Origin: a virus
Lineage: Duplodnaviria > Caudoviricetes
IMG/VR virus record: IMGVR_UViG_3300032050_000120
Location: 451-64,450 of that record
Direction: 5' to 3' (one strand)
Length of the DNA: 64,000 nt
Below the pieces are notes generated by a model. That model worked only from the letters and a program-made list of their open reading frames with translations, searched no databases and was not told the DNA's origin. Within the stretch, counting starts at the first letter, position 1. The number at the start of each line of letters is the position of its first letter. Below are positions 17,357 through 27,388 of the stretch, in pieces. A program made the translations under genes and the position numbers.

Positions 17357-18028
17357 TCATGCCCCGTGATAGTTAGAGAAAACCTCTTTGACTCTATTTA
17401 GGTAATTCGCGGTTTTCCTGACAAATATCTGGGGCTGATTCTCAGTTTCCACAGCAATAATGACAACGATTTGTGGGAAAACAAGTCCTTTCATCTCGTA
17501 TACGCATTGGGCATAGGTGGCACACTGGATGAAGTAGTTTTCGATCCAGTCCTCTTTCTTTGGCTTGTCTGAGCTTTTGTAGTCCAGGATGCTGTTGACC
17601 CCATCGAACTGGCAAAGCAAGTCTGCTCGACCCGCAGTTTTCAGCCTGTGGGAAGCCAGACAAGATTCCATATTATAGACAAGGTTAAGACGCTCGTCCA
17701 GGACAGGTTTGATCTGCTTGAACAGCGGGATGATATTTGGCATATTTGCAGCCACAACTTGTTCCATGTTCGGTGTGTTACCAACATAGTCCTCACAGAG
17801 CTTGTGCATGGCTGTACCACGCGATGCAGCACGTCTGGCGATGATCGCAGCTTCTTCTTCCCCAACCCTGGCTTTCCACTCGTCAAGCTGTTTTTTGCCC
17901 AATGTGGAAAGAACCGTTGTCACCGAAGGATAGTGTTTACCATCTACACTATAAAAGCGTTTGCCTTCAATGTATATTTGTGGGAAGTCTGGGAAATCGT
18001 ATGGTTTATGCTCAAAAGTTTTATACAT
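17357..18028 (-). CDS. PD-(D/E)XK exonuclease
   Basis: YPSVTTVL, RGTAMH, AGRADL, ILDYKSS and YFIQ motifs. Confidence 0.85.
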   Translation of the reverse strand: MYKTFEHKPYDFPDFPQIYIEGKRFYSVDGKHYPSVTTVLSTLGKKQLDEWKARVGEEEAAIIARRAASRGTAMHKLCEDYVGNTPNMEQVVAANMPNIIPLFKQIKPVLDERLNLVYNMESCLASHRLKTAGRADLLCQFDGVNSILDYKSSDKPKKEDWIENYFIQCATYAQCVYEMKGLVFPQIVVIIAVETENQPQIFVRKTANYLNRVKEVFSNYHGA

Positions 18029-18258
18029 TAAAAAGTATTCACTGTGTTGTTTTTTCCAGAACGTCCTTTGATAACCTTCAGTATATCACGAAAACCCTGA
18101 GCTGGCTTTTGGCTCGTACCAGAAACAACCGCAGGGGTAGCTTCGTGGTGTCTTATGATATTTGGGTTTTCCTCTAGATAAGTATCCAGAGCAGACATAC
18201 TCATAAAACTATCGAAGATCTCTTCGGTTTCGGTGTTCTTGAATGTGTAGGTTGGCAT
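18028..18258 (-). CDS. FmdB-like small protein (T4-like conserved)
   Basis: MPTYTFKN...GFRDIL. Confidence 0.65.
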   Translation of the reverse strand: MPTYTFKNTETEEIFDSFMSMSALDTYLEENPNIIRHHEATPAVVSGTSQKPAQGFRDILKVIKGRSGKNNTVNTF

Positions 18259-18455
18259 TAGTAATTCCAGTCAATGGTTTCATCATATTGATATTCTGAG
18301 TGAGTTAAAAGTGAGTATGTATTCTTAGATCGCAGTGCGTTCTTCACATACTTCTCTTCCTTTGCCTCTGGTCTAACGTTTACAAATTTTGGATCATCGA
18401 TCCTATTTTTGTTCTGGTCGTTATACGATCTCTTTTTTATCGTCATTTGTATCAT
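18258..18455 (-). CDS. hypothetical protein
   Basis: small ORF in operon. Confidence 0.45.
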   Translation of the reverse strand: MIQMTIKKRSYNDQNKNRIDDPKFVNVRPEAKEEKYVKNALRSKNTYSLLTHSEYQYDETIDWNY

Positions 18456-18870
18456 CCATTTTTATTCTACCTTGCCAAGCTTTAGCGAACAAAGACTTTG
18501 GAAGTCCTTTGTACGGAAGCTTGTTTGCCTTGACAGCTAGAATTAACTTAGCATCTTCAGGGTCAATACTTTCCAGAAATTCGATGAACAGAACTTCTCT
18601 TCGGAGTTTAGTAAGATTTGGATTACCGTCTTTCATAAACAGATACATTCTACGGAACTCAGATTGCAGTCTGTTTTGTTGATCTGGATATGGGTTTGGC
18701 TTGTATGGTGGATCACCTTCTGGGAGATCCCAGGGCGCATTCTTGTCAAATGCCAGGTTGATAAGAGTGCATAGATTTTCAGAGCCATGCTTGCGAAGCA
18801 TTCCAATCTTTGCTTCTTCAGTCTTTTGTTCGGATACTAATTTTAGTATCTCAGCGTAACCAAGTTTCAT
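18421..18870 (-). CDS. conserved T4-like hypothetical protein
   Basis: WDLPEGDPPYKPN...RREVLFIEFLESIDPEDA. Confidence 0.75.
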   Translation of the reverse strand: MKLGYAEILKLVSEQKTEEAKIGMLRKHGSENLCTLINLAFDKNAPWDLPEGDPPYKPNPYPDQQNRLQSEFRRMYLFMKDGNPNLTKLRREVLFIEFLESIDPEDAKLILAVKANKLPYKGLPKSLFAKAWQGRIKMDDTNDDKKEIV

Positions 18871-19739
18871 TAAAAGTCACCTATTGAATCCATAAGATTC
18901 TTGATATTGTGGTTGATAAAGTAATCAAACAGCATTCCTCGTCCTTTCGATTTCATGCTATCAAATGTATTTAGTATTTCATTTTTCACAGAATCGGGAA
19001 TACGCTTTAAATCCACCAGATCACGGTTCTGATACCAGCGGATAATCTGCTTAGAATCACAGAACTGCTCTGGGGTTTCACACTTTAACCACAATTCTAG
19101 CTTTGTTTCAAAGATCGACTTGCAGCGTTTTTTGATCACATAGGAGTTTGCATCAGACAGGATATTCGGAACCCCATCACCTTTGTCACCACGGATAATG
19201 TGCTCTTTCAGGTATCGCTCAGGATCATTCTCACGAAGGAACTTCTTCTTGACTGGATCATACTGATAGACATTCGGATAGACCTGGAGTTGCTTAAAGT
19301 CCTTGTCGCCAGAAAGAATCAACACTTTCTCACCGCCGAAGGTTTTACCGAAACGCTCGTGGACCAGTGTGCCAATGATATCATCAGCTTCTGCACGATC
19401 AATCTGAATAACTTTGTAGGGGAAAAAGTCTTTGAGTTCCTGGCGGATCTTGTTCAGAGAATTAAACACCACAGTCCAGTTGATTTCAGACTTGTCACGA
19501 TCTTCCGATCTGCTGGCTTTGTAGAAAGGAAAAATATCCTTACGCCAGTAGTTCTTATCATCACAAGCAATAACAAGCTCACCATATTCACTCTTGAACT
19601 TCATATTCAAGGCACGGATGGTGTTGAGAATCATATGTCTCAACAGATTCTCGTCAATATCAATGTTCGTGTGGTTTCCAATCTGTGCCATGAGATTAGA
19701 AATCATTACTTGGTTAAGATCCAGGATTATCATCTTCAT
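18870..19739 (-). CDS. rnh: T4-type RNase H / 5'-3' exonuclease
   Basis: YWRKDIFPFYK, EADDIIG, SGDKDFKQL and GDKGDGVPNILS motifs. Confidence 0.92.
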   Translation of the reverse strand: MKMIILDLNQVMISNLMAQIGNHTNIDIDENLLRHMILNTIRALNMKFKSEYGELVIACDDKNYWRKDIFPFYKASRSEDRDKSEINWTVVFNSLNKIRQELKDFFPYKVIQIDRAEADDIIGTLVHERFGKTFGGEKVLILSGDKDFKQLQVYPNVYQYDPVKKKFLRENDPERYLKEHIIRGDKGDGVPNILSDANSYVIKKRCKSIFETKLELWLKCETPEQFCDSKQIIRWYQNRDLVDLKRIPDSVKNEILNTFDSMKSKGRGMLFDYFINHNIKNLMDSIGDF

Positions 19740-20079
19740 CTTCCTCACCCAACATTCGTATGGATACCATACCCTTGTCGGAACTCTCAAGCATAAAAAC
19801 GCTATCGGCTAATTCGTGTAAAGCATGTTTTTTATTATACATTCTAAAAACAACACTTCGCATCGCTTCAAGAACCAACGCAACATCTTTGAAGTAATTA
19901 TCGTTAGCATCTTCCAGGGAGAAACCATTCTCTATAAATTCAGCAATTAACATACTACAGATATTAGCAGAAACTTCAGACGCATAATCATCCATTTGCT
20001 CTTCTGTCATTGGTGGCATACCGAGGTTTTCTGGCTTGGATGGTATCTTTTCCGATGGAAAGCGAACTACGTTTGTCAT
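19714..20079 (-). CDS. conserved hypothetical protein
   Basis: MTNVVRFP start coupled to the upstream stop codon. Confidence 0.6.
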   Translation of the reverse strand: MTNVVRFPSEKIPSKPENLGMPPMTEEQMDDYASEVSANICSMLIAEFIENGFSLEDANDNYFKDVALVLEAMRSVVFRMYNKKHALHELADSVFMLESSDKGMVSIRMLGEEDEDDNPGS

Positions 20080-21191
20080 TTGATTGCCTTTAATAAAATT
20101 GTGTCTTCGTTGATTCGACCAGTTAACTTGGTTTCTGTAGTAGTTAGCGTACCAAGAAACTTCTTCAACTGCGGTTTGGTGCAAGCCAGCATAGCCTTGA
20201 GTGCTTCTTCGGGCTTTCTGAGTTTCTTTGCAGCAGACAGATCTGAATCGAAGTTCTGGATAGTCGTACCAGCAACACTCAACGACTTTCCAATCTCAGC
20301 CTGGTACTTACCAAGCATTCGAGTTTCGGTATTGTAAACCCATAGCGTGTCACATCCGATAATGTCATGTGGCGCAACGCTGACAAGTCGCAGTGTTTCA
20401 TCTGCTTTCTTGTACTTCAACTTAGACACCAACTGGACAGAAGACTTCTGCTTGACTTTCTTCGGCTTAACAGCACGGAGAACCTTCTTGTTGTTGACGT
20501 ACCTATCGCAATCGTCAATGATAGCCTTGATAGTGTCCCTAAGAACTTTCAGTTCTTTGCTGGTAAATGACGAGTAGCCCTCAAATAGTTTTTTATCACC
20601 ACCCAACGCACCATTAAGTTCGTCAAGAGTAGGAGCGTAGCAACTGGCAACAATACGGACAACAGCACCAGAAAGATCATTAGACCTAAAATAGTCATAA
20701 GAAGAAAAGTCAGTTGCTTTGCGGGTTTTGAGAACCAGGTCAACAACCTGATCGATATCATTAATGACTTGATTCGCTTTGTTTTCGACTCGATCACGGA
20801 CGCTGACGGTATTGCCTGGTTGTTCATTAATTACTTCTACAGTGTCTAACTTTGAAATGATTGCGCTATTGATCATGTGGTGGACCATGTGAGTGTGTGC
20901 TTCACACAACTCAGTTCCATTTGTCAACATTCTGGCAAGGCTTGGGACAGTGATACCAAAATAGTTATCGCTGCAATTGCGAACACGCTGAAGATCGTTC
21001 TTTGTGTAGAACGAGTTACTCTTCATATAATCGATGATGTATTCTTTAGCACTTTTGGCATCATACATGTAGTTGTACCAAGACAAAGCTTTAGCCAGTT
21101 CCACCTTATTCGGCTGTCCAATAATGACTGGTTCAGAACCAATATACTTATCAGTAATGGTCACTCGTTTTTTTGGAGACTTCGCTTTCAT
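20076..21191 (-). CDS. conserved T4-like hypothetical protein
   Basis: 371 aa; LSWYNY, LWVYNT, KKLRKPEE and GRINEDTILL motifs. Confidence 0.75.
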   Translation of the reverse strand: MKAKSPKKRVTITDKYIGSEPVIIGQPNKVELAKALSWYNYMYDAKSAKEYIIDYMKSNSFYTKNDLQRVRNCSDNYFGITVPSLARMLTNGTELCEAHTHMVHHMINSAIISKLDTVEVINEQPGNTVSVRDRVENKANQVINDIDQVVDLVLKTRKATDFSSYDYFRSNDLSGAVVRIVASCYAPTLDELNGALGGDKKLFEGYSSFTSKELKVLRDTIKAIIDDCDRYVNNKKVLRAVKPKKVKQKSSVQLVSKLKYKKADETLRLVSVAPHDIIGCDTLWVYNTETRMLGKYQAEIGKSLSVAGTTIQNFDSDLSAAKKLRKPEEALKAMLACTKPQLKKFLGTLTTTETKLTGRINEDTILLKAIK

Positions 21192-21200
21192 AGTTATACC

Positions 21201-22172
21201 TTAGATAGAATAAGTAAAGTATTCAACATCGTCTTTCGGTAGATCGGTTGGTGAATCTTTCAGACTCAACAACAGGGCTTCCCATTGGCTTTTTCGATAT
21301 TCCCAACTGTGTGCCATGTTAGCATAGGCTTGCTGAACGACAGCATTACGTTTGAAACCTTCGTTACTTTGTATAGTACCACGCATGATTTGATAAAACA
21401 ATCCCGCATGGCGGTTTTGATCTTCATCGAAGTGGTACATAGTAGTTAGGTTGGCAGCAGTTTCATACAGTGCCCCCAGATCGGAGTGTACGCAGTTCAG
21501 ACCAGCAGACATGGCTTCCATCAGCACCAAGCACGAAGTCTCAACCCAGGTGCTTGGGTAAGCCAGAATGTGCATCTTCTTGATGTGCTCACGAAGCTCT
21601 GCGTTTGGTAGCGACCCGTAGTATTCGATCTTCGGGTGCTGACGGCAACGCTCGAATAGTTCTTCGTAGGGCTTGTCGCGTTCACCCCAGCCATACAGAT
21701 TGAAGCTGGAGAACACATGCAGTTTAATATTATCGTGATCTTCGGCAAGCTTCTCGAACACTGGTATAAGGATATTCAACCCGCGATGCGGAGTGGACCA
21801 GTAAGCGATATTGATAACATCGTCTGGCTTCTCCAGGGCATCAGCACCGAAAGGCTCGATAGCATTGCGCATGACCACACAGTGGCTCCACGGAATGTCG
21901 TAAGCTTGAATATAACGCTGCATCTGCCAGTTCGATACGAATACCAGCTTGTGAAACTTCTTCCAGCCACCGTTAGCCAGGTGAGCCGATTCAGGATCTT
22001 CGGGAAGGTCGTGGAGCCACAGGATTCTTACCTTGTCTTCCTTCAACTCCCTGACACGAGATCCGATGATCTGAAAACGATCCAGGAGATCTTGGTCAAT
22101 GCTGTCGTGTAAACGCTTCATCATAAGTTCGGTTCCGCCCATAGCGTTCTTATTTAATTCGTTTAGTTCCAT
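21201..22172 (-). CDS. GT-B (GT4-like) glycosyltransferase
   Basis: GGTE, WLHD, STPHRGL and YPSTWVETSCLVLMEAMSAG motifs. Confidence 0.85.
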   Translation of the reverse strand: MELNELNKNAMGGTELMMKRLHDSIDQDLLDRFQIIGSRVRELKEDKVRILWLHDLPEDPESAHLANGGWKKFHKLVFVSNWQMQRYIQAYDIPWSHCVVMRNAIEPFGADALEKPDDVINIAYWSTPHRGLNILIPVFEKLAEDHDNIKLHVFSSFNLYGWGERDKPYEELFERCRQHPKIEYYGSLPNAELREHIKKMHILAYPSTWVETSCLVLMEAMSAGLNCVHSDLGALYETAANLTTMYHFDEDQNRHAGLFYQIMRGTIQSNEGFKRNAVVQQAYANMAHSWEYRKSQWEALLLSLKDSPTDLPKDDVEYFTYSI

Positions 22173-22200
22173 AAAAAGTCCATATTAATGCCTATGAGCC

Positions 22201-22229
22201 ATTATAACATATAAATACTTTTGAGTCAA
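22201..22229. promoter_or_regulatory. overlapping divergent early (minus) and late (plus) promoters
   Basis: minus TTGACT-N17-TATAAT; plus TATAAATA at 22210-22217. Confidence 0.7.
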
Positions 22230-22243
22230 TAAGGAGAGATCAC

Positions 22244-22672
22244 ATGGTAACAAGTAAACAAGCATTAGCCAAGTATGGCGCACCTGAATTGGAAAAAGGC
22301 ATGGTGGTCTGGGATGTCCCAGCAGATATTGAAGCTGCTATTCCAACTGCCCCAAAGAGAGTCTATTGCAATAGAGATCTAGTAAAACCATTAGAACAAG
22401 CATTCAGAAATTTGATTGCTCGTGGTCTAACTAAAGAACTTAAAACCTGGGATGGTTGCTTTAACATTCGTAAAAAGAAAGGCAATGCATCACACAGCCT
22501 ACACAGCTGGGGACTAGCAATTGATTTGAACGCAGCATGGAACGGTTGGAAGAAAAAGCCAACTCTGTCGGCTGGCTTCGTTAAGTGCTTCAAAGACGCT
22601 GGCTTCGATTGGGGTGGCGATTGGGTTTCAACACCAGATGGTATGCATTTCCAATTGGCTAAACTGCCATGA
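22244..22672 (+). CDS. M15-family peptidase endolysin
   Basis: GCFNIR, SLHSWGLAIDLN, GFDWGGDW and DGMHFQL motifs; late promoter. Confidence 0.85.
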   Translation: MVTSKQALAKYGAPELEKGMVVWDVPADIEAAIPTAPKRVYCNRDLVKPLEQAFRNLIARGLTKELKTWDGCFNIRKKKGNASHSLHSWGLAIDLNAAWNGWKKKPTLSAGFVKCFKDAGFDWGGDWVSTPDGMHFQLAKLP

Positions 22673-23025
22673 GATTTCCCTGGGCTATAAGTGCAATAAT
22701 TGCAGTTCTGTTACTTGCTTCTTGTGAGCAACAAAAATCATACACACCGATGCAAAAAGAGCACAATAGAACTGGTGTGCCAATAACCGTAACAGTATAC
22801 GAGCACGAATCGTATGGCGATGTTACAAGAGCACTACAGCGTTTTCAGAGAGAAAACAAACAACCAAGAACAACGGATCCATCTTTAGGGTGGGCTGCTT
22901 GGGATCTACACGCACCATATCAGTGTGATATTCATATCAAACCACCAGATAAAATAAACGATGATGATGTTATGACCCTGGGACATGAAATGGCACACTG
23001 TCTGTACGGATCATATCACAAGTAA
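22669..23025 (+). CDS. lipoprotein with HEXXH metallopeptidase-like motif
   Basis: lipobox LLASC; LGHEMAHCLYGSYH. Confidence 0.65.
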   Translation: MRFPWAISAIIAVLLLASCEQQKSYTPMQKEHNRTGVPITVTVYEHESYGDVTRALQRFQRENKQPRTTDPSLGWAAWDLHAPYQCDIHIKPPDKINDDDVMTLGHEMAHCLYGSYHK

Positions 23026-23026
23026 A

Positions 23027-23057
23027 AAGAAAGCCAGCTCAATGCTGGCTTCTTTTA
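23027..23057. terminator. bidirectional terminator
   Basis: AAGCCAGC-TCAAT-GCTGGCTT flanked by A and T tracts. Confidence 0.7.
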
Positions 23058-23282
23058 TTTGGCTTTCGGCTTTTTCTTGGTTGCTGTAATCTTAGCAGCA
23101 ACTTTTGGTTTTTTGGCAGCTGGTTTTTTTGTTTTTGCTTTTGACGTAAGAAGGTAGTGCTCTTCAGCCACGCCCTCTTTTTTCTTTTCTACGACAACAA
23201 CAGGTGATGGTCTTTCATCACGGATATCGTACTTTCTCAGACCCAGCGATTTGTATACCCACTTGATAATTGACTTAAACAT
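23055..23282 (-). CDS. small Lys/Ala-rich protein
   Basis: histone-H1-like C-terminus; GAGG RBS. Confidence 0.55.
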   Translation of the reverse strand: MFKSIIKWVYKSLGLRKYDIRDERPSPVVVVEKKKEGVAEEHYLLTSKAKTKKPAAKKPKVAAKITATKKKPKAK

Positions 23283-23351
23283 AGTTTCCTCAATATTAGA
23301 AATGCCCACCAGACCATTCTAGTGGGCATTTCTATTTAGCCTACACGAAGA

Positions 23352-23573
23352 TTAGCGGTTGCTTTTCTTGGCGGTGGTTGCACCTTTCAGCGAGTACGAA
23401 ACAGTACCATCATTCTTTTTGGTGCGGGTAGCAACGATTCTGTTGTTGATGGTTTCATTCAGGTCAGAAACGGTTGCGCGAGGATTCGCAATGTTGAACT
23501 TGGTGCGGATCTGCTCGACAGTCATGGAACGACCACTTTGCAGGGCTTTCAGTAATTTTGCGGATTTTGTCAT
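23352..23573 (-). CDS. winged-HTH-like DNA-binding protein
   Basis: LLKALQSGRSMT...FNIANPRATVSDL. Confidence 0.65.
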   Translation of the reverse strand: MTKSAKLLKALQSGRSMTVEQIRTKFNIANPRATVSDLNETINNRIVATRTKKNDGTVSYSLKGATTAKKSNR

Positions 23574-23615
23574 GATAAACTCCATAGTTTAATTTGCCGT
23601 AATTGGCGAAGGGGA

Positions 23616-24053
23616 TTATAACACAATGCTATCGGCTTTGTCAATCTTACCGATATTTTTCCTGGTAAACTTCACCAGGATGTTCCCATTATACCATGCT
23701 GGCGATCCGTCTGCAAGTGTTTCTTCAAGAACGTTCAGATGAAACTGCAATTTGGCTTCCCAATAATTGGTTTCACCGCGAGTCTTGCATAAGCGTATGA
23801 TCTTTCTGGTAAATTTATCTTTACCAAAAACATCAATATCTTTTAATAGGATTTCACTCGACCCGTAGTAGCCTTTCCAATCAGACTCAACACGGGACTT
23901 CTTTTTCTTACCTTTAACCTGGCGAGTCTTCGCAGCAGTGAAATATTTTCTGCCGATGTATTTCTTACCCGACTCGTTGTTTTCGATCAGGTAAATAAAA
24001 CCATAGTAACCATCAGGGATCTCTTCTATTGGCGATCCGTTATACAACCACAT
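23616..24053 (-). CDS. GIY-YIG endonuclease II-like
   Basis: GFIYLIEN...YIGRK, ESDWKGYYGSS and WYNGNI; denA-like. Confidence 0.8.
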   Translation of the reverse strand: MWLYNGSPIEEIPDGYYGFIYLIENNESGKKYIGRKYFTAAKTRQVKGKKKKSRVESDWKGYYGSSEILLKDIDVFGKDKFTRKIIRLCKTRGETNYWEAKLQFHLNVLEETLADGSPAWYNGNILVKFTRKNIGKIDKADSIVL

Positions 24054-24078
24054 GTGAAGCTCCAGACTAAATCAGTAT

Positions 24079-24210
24079 TTAGTCTTCGTCTTCACCATCA
24101 GATACTTCTTCGCCACAGAAAGGGCAGTAGGAAACTACCCCATCCGATAGACCATCTACGAATTCAACTGTGAATAATGACTCACATTCTTCGCATCTGT
24201 GTTCGTCCAT
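24079..24210 (-). CDS. small Zn-ribbon protein
   Basis: 43 aa; CEEC...YCPFCG. Confidence 0.55.
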   Translation of the reverse strand: MDEHRCEECESLFTVEFVDGLSDGVVSYCPFCGEEVSDGEDED

Positions 24211-24221
24211 TAGTTTTCCCT

Positions 24222-25193
24222 TTAAGCCCATACATCATCCCATTTTCCCGACAATGCACCACGAGCGTAGTCCGTTGCACGGTTTTCAAAGAAGTTTGTA
24301 TGTGTTGGTGCGTTAATCATATGCTCGACCCAAGGTAGTGGATTCTTCTTGATACCAAAGATTCCTTTCAACCCCAAGGAAATGAGCCTACGGTCCGTAA
24401 TATAACGAATGTAGTTCTTAACCTCATCTGATGTTAAATCTTCCATAGAACCCATATTGAACGACAGATCGATGAACTTGTCTTCCAGATCAACCATCTT
24501 ACTGGCGATTGTGTAGAGTTGTCCCTTCAATTCATCGTTCCATACTTCTCGGTTCTCTTCTATGTATGTTCTGAAGAGTTTCACCATGTTCTCGGTGTGC
24601 TGAGTTTCATCAACAATAGACCAGGTAATGATCTGCCCCATACCCTTCATCTTACCGTGACGTGGGAAGTTCAGAAGCATGATGAAAGATGAGAACAACT
24701 GCATACCCTCAGTGAACGCAGAGAATACCGCGATGTTCTGAGCCATTTGGGATACATCACCAGTGTTCATACTCTCGACATACTCGTGCTTCTCTTTCAT
24801 CGCAGTGTATTCCAGGAACTCGTTGTAGGTCGTTTCTGGAAGACCAAGCGTTTCGATCAGGTGCGAGTATGCAGCGATATGCAAGGCTTCACGGGCAGCG
24901 AAGCCAAGAAGCATCATTCTGACTTCTGGTTGCGGGAAGTGTGGCAGATAGCTGGTTACATAAGCGCCAGCAACGTCAATATCACCCTGGGTGAAGAAGC
25001 GGAAAATGTTGGTTAGAAAATATTTTTCTCCGCCAGTCAACTTGTGCTTCCAATCCTTCACATCTTCATTCATTGGTACTTCGGTATGAAGCCAGTGGCT
25101 CTGTTCGTGCTTGAGCCACGCATCGTATGCCCACGCATACTGGAACGGCTTAAAGTACGAACGATTGTCTTGTAGCGTCAGCTGCTTTGTCAT
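24222..25193 (-). CDS. nrdB: ribonucleotide reductase class Ia beta subunit
   Basis: FFTQGD, REALHIAAY, TEGMQLFSSF, DETQH and NFFE motifs. Confidence 0.95.
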   Translation of the reverse strand: MTKQLTLQDNRSYFKPFQYAWAYDAWLKHEQSHWLHTEVPMNEDVKDWKHKLTGGEKYFLTNIFRFFTQGDIDVAGAYVTSYLPHFPQPEVRMMLLGFAAREALHIAAYSHLIETLGLPETTYNEFLEYTAMKEKHEYVESMNTGDVSQMAQNIAVFSAFTEGMQLFSSFIMLLNFPRHGKMKGMGQIITWSIVDETQHTENMVKLFRTYIEENREVWNDELKGQLYTIASKMVDLEDKFIDLSFNMGSMEDLTSDEVKNYIRYITDRRLISLGLKGIFGIKKNPLPWVEHMINAPTHTNFFENRATDYARGALSGKWDDVWA

Positions 25194-25563
25194 TCTCTTT
25201 TTCTTCCTTTTCTTCTTTCTTGGGTGCTTCTTCTCGGATTACGGTTTTGCTTAGTGTTTTGATTCCAAGCTTCTTTAGGTTTTGTTGCATGGTGTAGCTG
25301 TTGGCATTATCGTCTAGATATAGATATGCCAGTTCATACTTACCTTTCGGTATAAACGCTGGGAAGTTCTGTACACCCGTTCCTGGCGGGAACTGAGTGT
25401 ACTTCATGATCGCAGGGATTCTATAGAACGAATAGATATCAATATCATAGAAATTGCTCAAAAGATTTATCTGCCTGATGAAATCTTCTGCTTTCACATT
25501 ATGAGTCCTGACAATAAAAGCCAAAGACTTACGTTGGTGTTTTACTTTATTATCAGGGTTCAT
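25150..25563 (-). CDS. hypothetical protein inserted between nrdA and nrdB
   Basis: about 137 aa ORF overlapping the nrdB start. Confidence 0.5.
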   Translation of the reverse strand: MNPDNKVKHQRKSLAFIVRTHNVKAEDFIRQINLLSNFYDIDIYSFYRIPAIMKYTQFPPGTGVQNFPAFIPKGKYELAYLYLDDNANSYTMQQNLKKLGIKTLSKTVIREEAPKKEEKEEKENDKAADATRQSFVL

Positions 25564-25564
25564 A

Positions 25565-27361
25565 TCAACCTTCACATGCTAAACAATCATTACCATCGAC
25601 AATTGATTTCAAATCAATCTCTTTAATGATCTGACGCTCGATACGCTTCGATACTTTATCAGCCTTACCGATCTTTTCGGAACGGCAGTAGTACAGAGTC
25701 TTCAATCCCAACTTCCACGCCATAAAGTGTACAGCATGAAGATACTTAATGTTAGCATCTGGACGGAAAAATAAGTTAAGGGATTGACCCTGGTCAATAA
25801 AAGATTGACGATCTGCTGCATGTTCGACCAGCCAGCGTTGATCAATTTCCATTGATGTTTTAAATACATCTTTTGTATATTCATTCATCCACTCCAAGTG
25901 TTGTACAGAACCATCGTTTGCAGTAATAGAAGACCAAATATCTTCATAGTTTAATTTAGCATCCGACTCACACGCATCACGAATCACTTTGTCGAGGAAC
26001 TTGTTCTTAGTGAAGTGTGCACCAGACAGGGTATCCTGGCGGTACGCATTGGCACGATAAGGCTCGATAGAAGGCGATGTGTTGCCCATGATGATCGAAC
26101 TCGAAGCATTTGGTGCGATTGCTTGCATATGCGAGAAACGTTGTCCAGTGCCTTCTGCGTCTGGTGCTTCACCACGTTCTGCACCAAGCTCAAGATTAGC
26201 CACTTTTAAGAGTGATTGCATTCGACCAAAGATTCTCATGTTTGCTGACTTAGCCAAAGCAGACTCGAATGGGACACCATTCTTCTGCAAGTAAGCATGG
26301 AAACCCAAAGCACCGATACCAATAGAACGCTCACGAGCAGCCGAATACTTGGCTCTCTTGATTTCATTCGGTGCGTTATCAATGAAGTATTGTAACACAT
26401 TATCAAGCATTTCTGCAATGTCTTTCAGGAACAACGGGTTATCAATCCACTCATCAAAGTATTCCAGGTTGACAGAAGACAAGCAACACACGGCTGTACG
26501 CTTCTTGTCTGTCGGTAAAATGATCTCAGAGCAAAGGTTCGACTGATGAATCTTCAGACCACGGTCTTTCAGGAACTGTGGCATTGCACGATTGGATGCA
26601 TCAATAAAATGAATGTATGGCTCACCAGTCATCATTCTCAGCTCAATGATTTTCATCCAAAGATCTTTGGCAGACACAACCTCACGCACTTCCTTGGAAG
26701 CTGGGTCGATCAATTTCCATGAATCGTCTTCATCTTTGTCCAGCATACAACGCTCGATGATCTGCATGAAATCATCGGTGATATTGATACCATGATGAAG
26801 GTTCAGACAGCGAACATTCTGGTCACCAGTAGGCTTACGCATTTCCAGGAACTGAATAACGTCTGGGTGCGAGATATCCAGATAGGCAGCATAGGAACCA
26901 CGGCGTGTCGTGCCCTGGCGATAAGCCAAACAAGATGCGTCATAGATCTTCAGGTGGGGCATGATGCCCGTTGATTTTTCATCAGACGCACGAATACCAA
27001 GACCAATACCAACACCACCACCAAGCATCGACAGCCAATTGGTTTCAGATAAAGTATCGACAAGACCCTCTGAGGAGTCGTGCATGTAATTCAAAAAGCA
27101 ACTAATCGGAAGACCTTTCTTGGTACGACCAAAAGAAAGAATTGGGGTTGCATATGACAACCAATGTTTTGATGAATAATCGTACAGGCGCTGCGCATGT
27201 TCTGGGTTGGACGAGAACTTCGATGAAACGAATGCAAAACGTTCCTGTGGTGAAACTTCATCTGGTGTCATATATGATTCTTTCAGGCGCTTGATGCCAA
27301 GAGAATCGAACAACTGATCACGAGAATAGTCAATCTTTATCCCGTTAATTTTATCTTCCAT
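25565..27361 (-). CDS. nrdA: ribonucleotide reductase class Ia alpha subunit
   Basis: PISCFL, SNLCSEI, IAPNASSS, TLYY and C-terminal CLACEG. Confidence 0.95.
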   Translation of the reverse strand: MEDKINGIKIDYSRDQLFDSLGIKRLKESYMTPDEVSPQERFAFVSSKFSSNPEHAQRLYDYSSKHWLSYATPILSFGRTKKGLPISCFLNYMHDSSEGLVDTLSETNWLSMLGGGVGIGLGIRASDEKSTGIMPHLKIYDASCLAYRQGTTRRGSYAAYLDISHPDVIQFLEMRKPTGDQNVRCLNLHHGINITDDFMQIIERCMLDKDEDDSWKLIDPASKEVREVVSAKDLWMKIIELRMMTGEPYIHFIDASNRAMPQFLKDRGLKIHQSNLCSEIILPTDKKRTAVCCLSSVNLEYFDEWIDNPLFLKDIAEMLDNVLQYFIDNAPNEIKRAKYSAARERSIGIGALGFHAYLQKNGVPFESALAKSANMRIFGRMQSLLKVANLELGAERGEAPDAEGTGQRFSHMQAIAPNASSSIIMGNTSPSIEPYRANAYRQDTLSGAHFTKNKFLDKVIRDACESDAKLNYEDIWSSITANDGSVQHLEWMNEYTKDVFKTSMEIDQRWLVEHAADRQSFIDQGQSLNLFFRPDANIKYLHAVHFMAWKLGLKTLYYCRSEKIGKADKVSKRIERQIIKEIDLKSIVDGNDCLACEG

Positions 27362-27388
27362 TTACTACTCCATTATTTGATTGTATTA

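Noticed and set aside
17357-18028. Cas4-like nuclease as evidence of a CRISPR system
   Set aside because: It is a common T4-like PD-(D/E)XK exonuclease, with no array or other cas genes in the window.
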